Assembly: GCA_977862235.1 (NCBI GenBank)
Contig: OZ374557.1
Location: 3,348,001-3,412,000 of the forward strand
Direction: 5' to 3'
Source: Dudresnaya verticillata
Taxonomy: Eukaryota
Length of the DNA stretch: 64,000 bases
The notes below the pieces were generated by a model that searched no databases, was not told the DNA's origin, and was given only the letters and a program-made list of their open reading frames with translations. Made by a program: the position numbers and the translations under genes. Shown one piece after another: positions 1 to 10,255 of the stretch. Positions within the stretch are counted from its first letter, which is position 1; every line of letters begins with the position of its first letter.

Positions 1-114
1 CGGCACTCGGATACGAAAACGGATCAATCGCGGACCACGCCCCCCTCGAGAAGGACGGTTGTGACGCCAATCGAACCAGGCACCGGAGACCACGTCGTGA
101 CCGACCACTTGGGA

Positions 115-1422
115 CTACTGTCCCGTCGGAAAATCGCGACGAGTCGACTGGAGCTCCCTCCGATCCGCAGCCTCGTTGGCAATCGCGAGTATCTTCGTGA
201 ACGGCATCGTGCGATCCGAGCCTCGGAGGGAAAGATCCGGATACCCGCCATCCTCGGAGAACGACTTCGACCAACGACCCCGAACGAAACTACGCAACGA
301 AGCATCGAGCGCCCATACGTATTGACGCTGCGTGACATCAGAAATAAACGCGCGACCAAGGTCGAAGCGATATTCGGAATCCCGAAAACGCACGAAGCAC
401 TTCTTCTTATGTTCCTCAAACAGGTCGACAACGAGACCGAAGTAACGAATCACCCTCGGAGGTGGCACAACTAAGCCCGCGGGGGCCCGAATACACGAGG
501 TATCGAGCCAGAACGAACTCGGAAACATGCTCAGAGACACGCGATCATCGAGACGTGAATTAATATCCACGCGATCGGGCATCGAGCCCGCGCCACGAAA
601 CAGAGCCCAGTCTCCGGCACCGATGTGCACTCCGAGGATGCGAGAAATCGAGTCTACGTGACGCCATGCGTTTTCCGCTGCGGACTCGAACTCCGGGTAA
701 TCACGAAAGCGAGCAACCGCAACCACCGGAGAATCCACGGAGATACCCGCACCCGGTGCCAGGAGCACACGGGCACACGCATCTACGTAAGCAACCTCGT
801 CGACCGTGGTCACGTAGGAGACGTCACACGGAAGGCCCATCGGAGTCGGATACACGGGGCCACGGGGCCAGAATACGTGAAAGACACCGGCTCCGTTATC
901 ATCCCGACCCTCGCAAAGCGCACGAAAGCGAGCAATATCCGGACGAACACGGCCATCGCAGGCAGCAACCACTTCGTGAGTAGCTCCGGAGATCGCGAAC
1001 TCATCCCACGCGAAGTACAACTGCGCAGACGGAAGCCTCGGAGCACTCTCATTCTTTGACCCGAATTTCGGCGGACCCAACGAAGCACTTGGCTGCCAAC
1101 CCCCATTCGCGAATTGCGGATTCGAACCGCCCGAACTTACGTACGGAATACCGAGGTCCGCCGCACACGAAGGCCCCGAAGCGCCGATGTCCACCACGTG
1201 CGCAATCGCGAAAGTCCGTGGCACGTATTCATCGGAGTCAGCCGCAGGGCCAGCGATATTCGATGAAGGACCCGAAGCCCTCGGAGGCACCGCAATATCC
1301 CGCGTAGGCTCCGAGGCATCACGTTCCGCGGCAGCAGCGAGCTCACCCTCGAGGCGACGACGAGTCGCATCGACGCGCTCTTCATGGGACTCGGTTCCCT
1401 TCTCGAACCCCTTGTCTACCAT
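115..1422 (-). CDS. Antisense accessory ORF of family I; unknown domain. The stop at 115 may be premature because the frame stays open to the window edge
   Basis: Part of ORF 115..1740; likely ATG at 1422 (MVDKGF); VPPPRVIRYF...FVRFRDSEY...VWALDASLRSFVR resembles the other antisense ORFs. Confidence 0.6.
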   Translation of the reverse strand: MVDKGFEKGTESHEERVDATRRRLEGELAAAAERDASEPTRDIAVPPRASGPSSNIAGPAADSDEYVPRTFAIAHVVDIGASGPSCAADLGIPYVSSGGSNPQFANGGWQPSASLGPPKFGSKNESAPRLPSAQLYFAWDEFAISGATHEVVAACDGRVRPDIARFRALCEGRDDNGAGVFHVFWPRGPVYPTPMGLPCDVSYVTTVDEVAYVDACARVLLAPGAGISVDSPVVAVARFRDYPEFESAAENAWRHVDSISRILGVHIGAGDWALFRGAGSMPDRVDINSRLDDRVSLSMFPSSFWLDTSCIRAPAGLVVPPPRVIRYFGLVVDLFEEHKKKCFVRFRDSEYRFDLGRAFISDVTQRQYVWALDASLRSFVRGRWSKSFSEDGGYPDLSLRGSDRTMPFTKILAIANEAADRRELQSTRRDFPTGQ

Positions 1423-1924
1423 CGCGCGCAGAATACGTGACACGAAGTTGACCGTAACGCAACCCACGGAGGAAGCGCAACACTTGCCCCAACACCGAGA
1501 CTCCCAACCCAAAACCGACCACCGCAAACCACCGAGGCCAACGAAGCAACAATACGAACGCCACGGAGCGGAGCGAACGATGCGAGAAGAGACGCGCACG
1601 GACGCAACAGCGCAACACGCAAAAGCCAACGGAAGACGCAAGAAACCGAAATCCAAGGAGCTGAAACGAGTTATATGTGTGCGATGACCGGAGAAGCAAG
1701 AGGCTCGGACCCAGCGCAACACGAAGTTGAAATAACCCACGCGGCTCGCGCCCCGTCTCCGTAATCCGCGCGCGCACGCGTCGACGGACGACGCCGAAGC
1801 TTTAACCCGTTCTACGTACCCGAAATATCTTCGTGATTAGCCAATACGAAGCCGCCATCGCACACGTGATCCGAATTCAAATTCGTAAGCCCCAAGGCAC
1901 CGCTGCGCGATGACGTGAGCTCGA

Positions 1925-2599
1925 TGTGGTGAAGTGAGCCGTGGCGCGCATGCGGCACGCCGACGGCGAGCCAACCGTAACGGGTGATGTGGCAATACGC
2001 CACGCTGATGATCTGGCAACGTGTAACCGTGTCGGATGCCGTGCGCATTGCTGTACGCTGGTACGCATTGCTGTACAGCAGTGTAGCGCACCAACCATAC
2101 CGGAGTATTTGTAGTATTTATTCTTTGTTTTTAGTGAGTCTGTGTACAGTGTGTAGAGTAGCGCGCCAGCCAATGAGAATGCTGCGCATGTCCGTGTCGG
2201 AGATTGGGACCAGCAGGGCCGATTCCACCATAGTACCAGACCACTGCGGTCTGGCCCCCACGGACCAGACCGCTCGGTGCCACCCTGACTTGTATATCAG
2301 GGCGGCACCGCAGCGGCTCCTAAGGTAAACGGGTAAGCAACCTTAGCCCAATCCTTTACGGGTTTCCCCGCGCCGAGCCCGTTGCGGTCTACCACCACCA
2401 CCGTTACGGAGTCCGTCCCGGCACTTGTACCACCCCCTTGTCTGTTGCTTCCCAATATCCGTCTCGGTTAGCCGCTCGCTGTTCTCCCGTCTCGGTGCGA
2501 ACTGCTCTACCACCCCGTGGAGGTAGTGTTGCTCTCGTCCGTTAAGGAAAGTCAGGCCAGCTGTCCGTCTCGTAGTTCGTGGGTTTTCACTACACCACA
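1925..2599 (+). repeat. Solo LTR, family A (675 bp)
   Basis: TGTGGTG...CACCACA ends; 5-bp TSD CTCGA on both sides; near-identical to LTRs at 13163 and 16302. Confidence 0.95.
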
Positions 2600-2723
2600 C
2601 TCGAAGCAATCTCCGCGCCGCCCCGCGGATGTCTCCATCCGCACACCACCGAGGGAAACCGGGCCACGCCAATTCGTGATTCGTAACCCGCGACCGGGAC
2701 GTTCGCTCTTGAGGAGGGGGCCG

Positions 2724-3316
2724 TGTGGTATAGACGCTGTGCGCAAAACGCCTCCGTGGTCTACGTGGCAATAATCGAGAAATACGAATTTCGAAGTGAC
2801 TCCGTGAATGTGCACGCGACGATGTCAAACGTATTACAGAGCGCATACTGTGCGCGCGCCACAATGGCATTCGCATTACAGCACGCACGTGATACGAAAT
2901 CGCTGACACCTCCGGACGAATTCCGAGCTGACTTCGTGATCGCGCGCGCCACGATGGTAATTCGCATTACAGTGCGCACCCGTTACGAAATCGCTGACAC
3001 CTTCGTGATTTTCCCGTTGTTTCCCGCGCGTAACGGCACCGAGGCCCACGACGCGCGCGCACCTCCCTATGCATCGCTGGCGCACTTCGTAACCGCCACC
3101 ATACGTGACACGACCGTTCGTTGGCACCGAGGCCATTACGAACCATTCGAGTACGAACCGTCTCCCGCGTTGACGTGTATTCGTGCTCACGTAGTATGAT
3201 TTAGCCAGTCGTCTGGCACAACCTCCGAGGGTTTCCGGTAAGCGACTAGCGCCCGGACCTCGGAGGCTTCGGTAAACGCCTGTTTCTTCGAGTTCGGTGT
3301 CTTCGTCTTCGTCACA
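2724..3316 (+). repeat. Probable 3' LTR of family I element (593 bp)
   Basis: Starts TGTGGTATAGACG 3 nt after the PPT; ends CGTCTTCGTCACA (imperfect terminal inverted repeat); no second copy in the window. Confidence 0.6.
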
Positions 3317-4019
3317 CTTTACCTAGTAAACAGGCCCAAAACAAAACCTGAAATGGACACTGTCCATTTGGCCAAATTTGCCTTTTCCCGACACCCAAAT
3401 AGCTCCAACTTCGACGCTATCGTAGAGTAGGTAAGCGTTTCCCATACGGTCTGAACATTGGTCCAGTGATAGGTGTATACATCCGCAGTATCATACGTGA
3501 ATATGGTCGCCATGGTAGATCTCGCTGAACTACACACTCTCAAAAGTCAATGGACACTACAGTGTCCATTTTTACTCGGTATTCCGGATATAAAGCGGAG
3601 AAACTGTCGACAATTAGACGGCTAGGGTTTTACCCTTCGAAAGAAGATTCTTGAAACTTCCCGATTGAAACCGGAGCCCGATTACAAATTACACTTGTTT
3701 GAACAAATCACCGATTTTCTGTCCATTTCCCGTATTCACTCCGACAACGCCAAAATCACCGAAGGCACAAAAGGTGAGGGTTGCTATATATAATGGCGGC
3801 ACTTTACAATACGACCAGTCTCCCAGATAATCCTACATTTGAAGGTTTTGGCAGACAGATGTGGGATGATTTCTTCGGTATTTTCTAATCCCGCATTGCG
3901 AACCGAAATAAGAAACACACGAGGCTTTAGCAAAACACTACAGTAGTTTATTCCGGTAGACTACAGTAGGAGACCCTACAGTACCCGCGAGAGCTCCTAC
4001 TCCAGCCGGGCAACACAAC

Positions 4020-5155
4020 ATGCGGATCCGTGACGCTACCATTTCCAAGCACAGCGACCGCTCTACAGAGTCCATTCTGCTTGTGGCACGCTGCCGCAGC
4101 GCGGATCTGAGCAACGCCATGACCTGATTCTTCCTACGGGACGTGCTCTACGCCGAGGGAGAGCAGGCTCTCAACCGCGAGAGGCACCTGCGCATTAGCG
4201 CGATGCGCTTCGACCTTGACGCCATCGACGACATGGTCTGCCTGCAGCGCTTTCGCTTCCGCAAAAGCGACATCTACCGTATCGTTCAGAAGATGGAGTG
4301 GCCTGCAGAGCGAAATGTCACTACCCGACGCTGCTACCGCACAACTGCTGTGTTTTCCTTCTGTGTCCTGGCTCGCCGTCTTGGCACCATCTGCCGTTGG
4401 TGCGATCTGGAACTGGAGTTTGGAAGGCCGGCTGCTGCGCTGTCTGAGATATTCTACGAGGCTCTGGAGTTCATGTTCGACACGTTTGATGCGCTGGTTA
4501 CTACGTTCAGGTCGTCCTTTCTGCAAGAGCGTGCGGAGATGTATGCTGACGCTATTCATAATGCGGGTGCTGCTTTGGACTCATGCGTCGGGTTCATAGA
4601 CGGAACCAATATCTACATCGCCCGTCCGTCGGGGCTTGCGCAGCGTGCCACATGCAACGGGCACAAGCGCCGAAACTGCCTGAAGATGCAGGCCGTGAGC
4701 ATGCGGGATGGGCTCATCTTCCATATGTTCGGTCCGGAGGAGGGGCGTCGTCACGACATGACGCTGTTCCGCCACTCGGCCATCGAACAGGACCTCTCGA
4801 CCTCCCTGCTTATCGACGGACGCCAGTTCTACATCTACGGCGATCCCGCATACGCGTTGCGGTCGTGTTTGTAGGTAGGATTCAAGGGGGCCGCGCTTTC
4901 CGAGGAACAGAAGGCATTCAACAAGAGCATGTCTATAGTGCGGGTGTCGGTGGAATGGGCATTCACGGACTTGAAGAATTATTTCACGCACGTCGACGCG
5001 ACGCGCCAGAGGTGCGGCCGAGGGTTCCTGCGTCGAAGCGGTACCTCGTTTCCGCTGTCCTCTGGAACTTTCGAGCCTGTATGTAGGGCTCGCAAAGCGC
5101 GCGATTCTTCAAGTGCCCGGCTCCGTCGTTTGAAGCGTACATTGCGACGCTCTGA
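4020..5155 (+). pseudogene. Harbinger (HARBI1-like) DDE transposase, disrupted
   Basis: Motifs GFIDGT, GRRHD, YGDPAY, RVSVEWAF; in-frame stops near 4125, 4874 and 5086 and a frameshift near 5000. Confidence 0.92.
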
Positions 5156-5292
5156 AACAGCGTTTCGGACGTTTGGGATCTCGCAAGTGGTGTCAGATTG
5201 CAGAACACCCGAATAAAAACGCTCTGTCGCCCGCTCACGCGGGCGGACGAGGAGCGATTGAATGATCTAAAGTAAACTTTACTTCCGTGTTT

Positions 5293-5461
5293 CTACTCTT
5301 TCTTGCCCTTATCCGCAAACTTGGAGAGGAAGTCAAGCATGCTGGCCTGAATGCGTGGCTGCATTCGGCGTTCTTCGGCGTGGTCTCGGTCGCGTTTGGC
5401 GTCATCAGCTGCTCGCTGCTCCTCGAGAGCGACGCGGCAGAGGTTGAGAGCTTGACTAGCC
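5293..5461 (-). pseudogene. C-terminal fragment of the Harbinger Myb/SANT-like ORF
   Basis: ASQALNLCRVALEEQR...DKGKKE* continues the coiled-coil reading from 37238 once the TAGCC-flanked insertion is removed. Confidence 0.8.
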
Positions 5462-6117
5462 TGTGGTGAAGTGAGATTCGGCATCCGAAACGATGGAAAT
5501 GCATATATTGTGGCCTGAACCGTTGTGGGATGTGTGCACGTGTACCCGTGTCGGTTTTGGGTGCATTGTTGTGTGCTGGCGTACAGTGCTGTGCAGCAGT
5601 GGAGCGCACCAACCATACCGGAGTATTTGTAGTGTTTATTCTTTATTTTTAGTGAGTCTGTGTACAGTGTGTAGAGTAGCGCGCCAGCCAATGAGAATGC
5701 TGCGCATGTCCGTGTCGGAGATTGGGACCAGCAGGGCCGATTCCACCATAGTACCAGACCACTGCGGTCTGGCCCCCACGGACCAGACCGCTCGGTGCCA
5801 CCCTGACTTGTATATCAGGGCGGCACCGCAGCGGCTCCTAAGGTAAACGGGTAAGCAACCTTAGCCCAATCCTTTACGGGTTTCCCCGCGCCGAGCCCGT
5901 TGCGGTCTACCACCACCACCGTTACGGAGTCCGTCCCGGCACTTGTACCACCCCCTTGTCTGTTGCTTCCCAATATCCGTCTCGGTTAGCCGCTCGCTGT
6001 TCTCCCGTCTCGGTGCGAACTGCTCTACCACCCCGTGGAGGTAGTGTTGCTCTCGTCCGTTAAGGAAAGTCAGGCCAGCTGTCCGTCTCGGAGTTCGTCG
6101 GTTTTCACTACACCACA
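5462..6117 (+). repeat. 5' LTR, family A, variant U3 (656 bp)
   Basis: TG...CA ends; followed by PBS; first ~130 bp differ from the other family A LTRs. Confidence 0.95.
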
Positions 6118-6122
6118 TCTTT

Positions 6123-6140
6123 TGGTCTCCCGACCTAGAA
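6123..6140 (+). promoter_or_regulatory. Primer-binding site TGGTCTCCCGACCTAGAA (probably tRNA-Tyr)
   Basis: Starts with TGG 5 nt after the LTR; identical 18-mer next to the family F 5' LTR. Confidence 0.85.
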
Positions 6141-6265
6141 CACCGTCACGGTTGGAAGAAACAGCCGTCGAAATCCGCTACGGTAGGAATTCGGCTGTAC
6201 CGACAACCCGTTACGGAATATTGGATAGATAAGCAAGAACAACCGTTGTGTTCCGTTAAGGTATC

Positions 6266-7770
6266 ATGCAGAACGAAGAACAGGCAGACCCTCCCGTTAC
6301 GGAACCTAAAGCGGGTGACACTAGCCCCGCTGCGCGCAGTCTGCGCAGTGAAGGAGGTAAAATCCGTTCCGGAGTGGAGAACCCAGAAGACATCCTAAAG
6401 GGTGCTGCTGGTAAAGCTCCCCGCTCCCGTGTCGGATCAGACGCCTCGAAGAAGGCAGCTCCGCAACCCCAGCCGGAATCCCATCGGGTCCACTGGGTCC
6501 TGTCGGAGGTCGTTCCTAGGGTGTTAGAGCATCTCCGATTGGAAGTACAACCTGGAATGGTAAAAGAGGTGGGGATATCCCTCTCGGAAACTGTTCCGTC
6601 TTTGGTTAATTCCTATCTGGAGCAGCACCTTCCTCGAATAGTGCAAGCTTTGATCCTACAGGAAAAGGTGGCCGCCGAGCTCGAGAGCCAGATTGCTCCC
6701 GGCATGGCAAGGCCTCCCGCTACGGAAGCTTTCACTGAGCAACCACCGTTACGGAATGAATTCCCGGTCGAGGGAAGAACGCAGCAGCCGCAACCACCCC
6801 CCGTTATGGGATTGCAGCCGGGTACAGTACCCTCTGGGCCACTGCCACCGGCTCCCGTAACGGATTCTCAACATCAACACGCCCCTACGGGACCAACACC
6901 CACTCAGCCACCGTTACGGTATTCTCCTGGACACGTACATGTGCCTACGCCAGGGCGCTATCAGCAAGAGCGCTATACCGTTCCGGTTCGATCAGGTGCA
7001 GGCAGCGACCATCTCAGCGATGCGTCCAGCTCACCCCATCCGAGTCGGAGGACCGGTCGAGGTCGGCATAAACGAGATGCCCGACACTCCCGCTCTGACC
7101 CTCCCCGTCGGTCGCATATGGGCGACCACACCCAGCGACGACGCCACCAATCCGGTATGGAATCCAATGAGAGCAGCTCAGAGGATAGCCAACACCGCCG
7201 CCGCAAGAGGAGAAACAGAAGATCGCGGAAACGCGAAAAAAGGCATGACTCCTCTACCTCTACGGATTCGGACTCAGAGAGTTCTTCCGTAACGGGTAGA
7301 GAGAATAGGCACCGGGCCAGAAAACACGGTGCCAAATCCGGAAAGGTGAAGGTAATCCGGCCACTACATGACAAGTTTGTCAAGGCGCTGGACTACCGCA
7401 CCTACCGATTGGATACGAGGAGTAAGACACACGGCTCTAAGTTCTCACAAAACATGAGCCGTATACGGAAGAAACTCGACGTCCAGATGTCGTCCCATAC
7501 ATTCGATGGGACGGACCCTATTACCGTCTTGGGATTTCTCGCTAAGTTCCGTGACGGTTGTAACATCAACGGCATCGCCGAAGGGGTTGCCGTCTGATGC
7601 TTCCAGTTTTTCCTTAAAGGACAGGCCGAAGCCCTTCTACAGGCTAGGCTTGCTGGAGACACCATGGTGATTGACGTGGAGCAGGTCGAGATGCTCCGCA
7701 CATATTCCGAGGTGGTGAACTTTTTATTGAGAACCTACGCTACGGATGAAGTGATTGCTGAAGCCTTTCC
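6266..7770 (+). pseudogene. gag: Ty3/gypsy gag, with an in-frame stop and 3' truncation
   Basis: Directly after the PBS; LDYRTYRL and FDGTDPITVLGFLAKF align with family F gag; stop at 7597; joined to RNase H near 7770. Confidence 0.85.
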
Positions 7771-10087
7771 ACTTATATTGGCTCTACCCCGTCACGGATA
7801 TAAATATACGTTGGACACTGACGCATGTGACCATCAAGTCGGCTGTGTCCTTCTGCAGGAACAACCGAATGGCGATCACCTCCCTATTGGATACTGGAGC
7901 CGAAGCCTCACCGATGCGGAGAAAAATTATACGACAACCGAAAAGGAATGCTTACCCGTGGTCTGGAGCATGTTAACACTCCGACCCTACCTTTACGGGG
8001 ACAAGTTTATTCTCCGAACGGATCACGATGCCCTGCGGTGGATCCTGAACCTCGCAGACTCATCTGGCTGCCTAGCCAGGTGGAGGCTCCGCCTATCGGA
8101 ATTTGAATTTGAGGTGCAATACCGTCCTGGAATTAAGCATCAACTCGCCGATGGGATGTCGCGACTCCGAACGGATGGCGGTGACGATAGACCTTTGGAT
8201 GAAGAGATACCCTGCTTTATTGCCGAAAATACCGTCGACGGATTATATGAACATGGAGTCTATTTAACCGATTGGGCCACATCACGAGAAACCGCTACGG
8301 AACATAACGTAATATGCGCCGTGGAGCCCGCCAGTGGGAGTGCATCCGCCTCCCCCGACAAGCCCGACGCAATACCGTCACGGTTTACTGTAATCCAAGA
8401 ATCCGACGTTATGGATGAGACAATTACCAGGGAGGCGTTCCTCGAAGCGCAAGCCAGAGACCCTTTCTGCCGTCTCAAAGCCGATACGGTACGCTCCCCT
8501 GGATCACAGTTTGACTATGACCGTAACGGATTCTTGGTACGCAAGTCCCAATTGGATGGTGCTCTGCAGAAGGTGGTGCCAAGCGAACTCCGTGGACGGG
8601 TATCGTATTTATCCCACTACACCCTGATGTCGGGTCACCCAGGTGGAATTAAGATGTATTATACACTCCGACAGGATTATTATTGGCCTCATATGGCCAA
8701 CGATGTATTTGAATCCGTTCGGACATGTCGCTCCTGCGTGAAGACAAAGGGAACCCGCTTTCGGAATCAAAGGTTTATGAAACTTTTCCCCGCTAGCGGA
8801 CCTTTGGAGTTTGTTGCTATCGACATTCTCGGGCCACTTCGGAAGACAAAACGGGGTTATGTCTACGTTTTGGTAATAACCGATCGGTTCTCTAAATTGA
8901 CGCGCTGTATCCCGTTACGGACAACAACAGCCGTTGTGGTGGCTAACGCCTTTCTGGACTTTTGGGTGTATGCGTATGGCGCACCCCAATTTGTCCTAAC
9001 CGATAACAGACCGCATTTTACTGCTAAGTTCTTTGATGCAGTGTGTTCCTTACTCGGAGTCTGGCATCTACTTACCGCTGCCTACCATCCGCAGACAAAT
9101 GGGCAACCTGAGCGATTTAATAAGACAATCACCCAGCGTTTGCGCTATTACGTTGAGGATCATCACTTCGATTGGGATTTGTACCTGCAACCGTTGACGT
9201 ATGCGTACAACATGAAGGTACACCGTATTACGGAAACAACGCCATTTGATTTGGTGCTGACACGCCACCCATCGGACATTGTTGTACGAGGGGCTCCTGT
9301 CGAGCATCAAGAAACCGTTACGAAAGGGCGTATGACCCCGGTGTTACAGAAGCGGAGCACCATGCGCCGTTTACGGTATGCGCTCCAGACAGCGCGCACT
9401 AAGCAGACGGTGGCTCAACAAAAAGCCAAGGCACTGTTTGACCGTAAGGTGCTCTTTAGGCCCATAATCCGTAGCGAAGATCAAGTCGATGTCGACCGGC
9501 CGCCCCATAAGTTGCGGCCTGCCGAACGCCGTGAGCGGGACCGATTGGAAGGCAAACCGGATGATGTGGGCGAGGTGGCTCAGGAAATGAAGAAACTTCT
9601 TCCGCGAGCCACGGGGCCTTATGAAGTGGAATCCGCAACGGAACATGTCGTTACAATCCGCAAGGAAGGGGTATTGATCCCAGTAAGTATCGATCGCATC
9701 ACGAAAGTTCCGATCAGAGTTGCGGTTCAGCCGGCACCCTTGACAGTGCCGCCTGTCACGCCATCAACCGTTTACGGAGAAGTAGTGCCACATCCAGAAG
9801 GTACTACAGTAGCGCCTACACCGTCAGCGGGCATTACACCCTCCGTAGCGGAACCCTTACAAGCCGATACGGAATATGTGGTCGACAAGATTGTCGGTCA
9901 CCGCGACAAACCTACTGGGATGACATACAAAGTTCGCTGGTATGGTTACCCTCCGGATCAGGACACTTTTGAGCCCGCGGAGGAGTTGCCGCAGAATTTC
10001 ATCTACCGGTATTGGAAGCAAAAGAAAAAGACATCCGCTAAGGGTAAGCCACGGCGACGTGCTAACTCAGCACGTCACTCACCGTAA
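7771..10087 (+). pseudogene. pol: Partial pol: RNase H, integrase, chromodomain (PR and RT missing)
   Basis: LDTDAC and YTTTEKECL (RNase H); H-H-C-C and D-D-E (AIDIL, LTDN, PERFN); GPY motif; chromodomain YVVDKIVGH...KVRWYGY. Confidence 0.93.
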
Positions 10088-10255
10088 CGGACGATTGAAA
10101 TGCTAGTGTGTGAATCGTACGATGTTTATCGCAAGCTAAGGTCGAGGCATATTTGAAACCGTTAAGGAGATCGTCGACCTGTAACTCTAAGAGTCACGAC
10201 GACGTCGCTTTGGAGCAGGGACAGCGGTATCTTCCTCGTTGCTCCCCTGACCCGT

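Larger units (their letters stand above)
1..3316 (+). mobile_element. 3' part of an LTR retrotransposon (family I), running off the left edge
   Basis: Polypurine tract GAGGAGGGGG (2711-2720) followed by a TG...CA bounded LTR; long antisense ORF upstream, arranged as in the other LTR families here. Confidence 0.65.

Noticed and set aside
2343..2600. Recurrent 85-aa ORF (WCSENPRT...) seen in five places
   Set aside because: Recurs only because it lies in family A LTR copies; no coding evidence
60..3316. One giant LTR from TGTGACG (60) to CGTCACA (3316)
   Set aside because: A stronger PPT at 2711 gives a normal-sized LTR, and the antisense frame appears to continue across position 60
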